Positions 63,928 through 64,000 of a stretch of 64,000 bases of DNA are shown here, piece after piece. The notes under the pieces were generated by a model that made no database searches, had not been told where the DNA came from, and was given only the letters and a program-made list of their open reading frames with translations. A program made the translations under genes and the position numbers. Source of the stretch: Octopus vulgaris (taxonomy: Eukaryota); contig OX597815.1 in the NCBI GenBank assembly GCA_951406725.2, positions 41,540,001 to 41,604,000 of the forward strand, given 5' to 3'. The stretch's first letter is position 1; each line of letters starts with the position of its first letter.

Positions 63928-64000
63928 AGTCCATCAGACAAAATGCTTAGCATCATTTCTTTTTACTCTTTATATTTCTCTGTTCAACTTCCACTGAGGT

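Overview
AT-rich eukaryotic non-coding DNA. The repeat families and the dense (AT)n/(CA)n/(TATG)n microsatellites resemble an Octopus-type cephalopod genome (inference from recalled repeat families, not from a search). I can support no intact host protein-coding gene, rRNA or true tRNA gene; nearly all long ORFs in the track are microsatellite or SINE read-through. The window holds: one full-length Tc1-like element (846-2097) with 28-bp TIRs and a disrupted transposase with DD36E spacing; mariner fragments and a head-to-head 5'-5' mariner foldback element (43381-44265); non-autonomous Helitrons plus a relic of a Helitron PIF1 helicase; hAT and piggyBac-like MITEs; 3' ends of RTE LINEs; a degenerate CR1/L2-type RT; and dozens of tRNA-derived SINEs from at least four families with swapped tails. 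The less ordinary observations are two SINE copies interrupted by segments copied from DNA about 0.6-1.1 kb away, a near-perfect 97-bp-arm palindrome, a 60-bp hAT MITE with an 8-bp TSD, a 64-bp-period hairpin array in the RTE 3' UTR, and a few weak candidate exons. Boundaries of degenerate copies are approximate.
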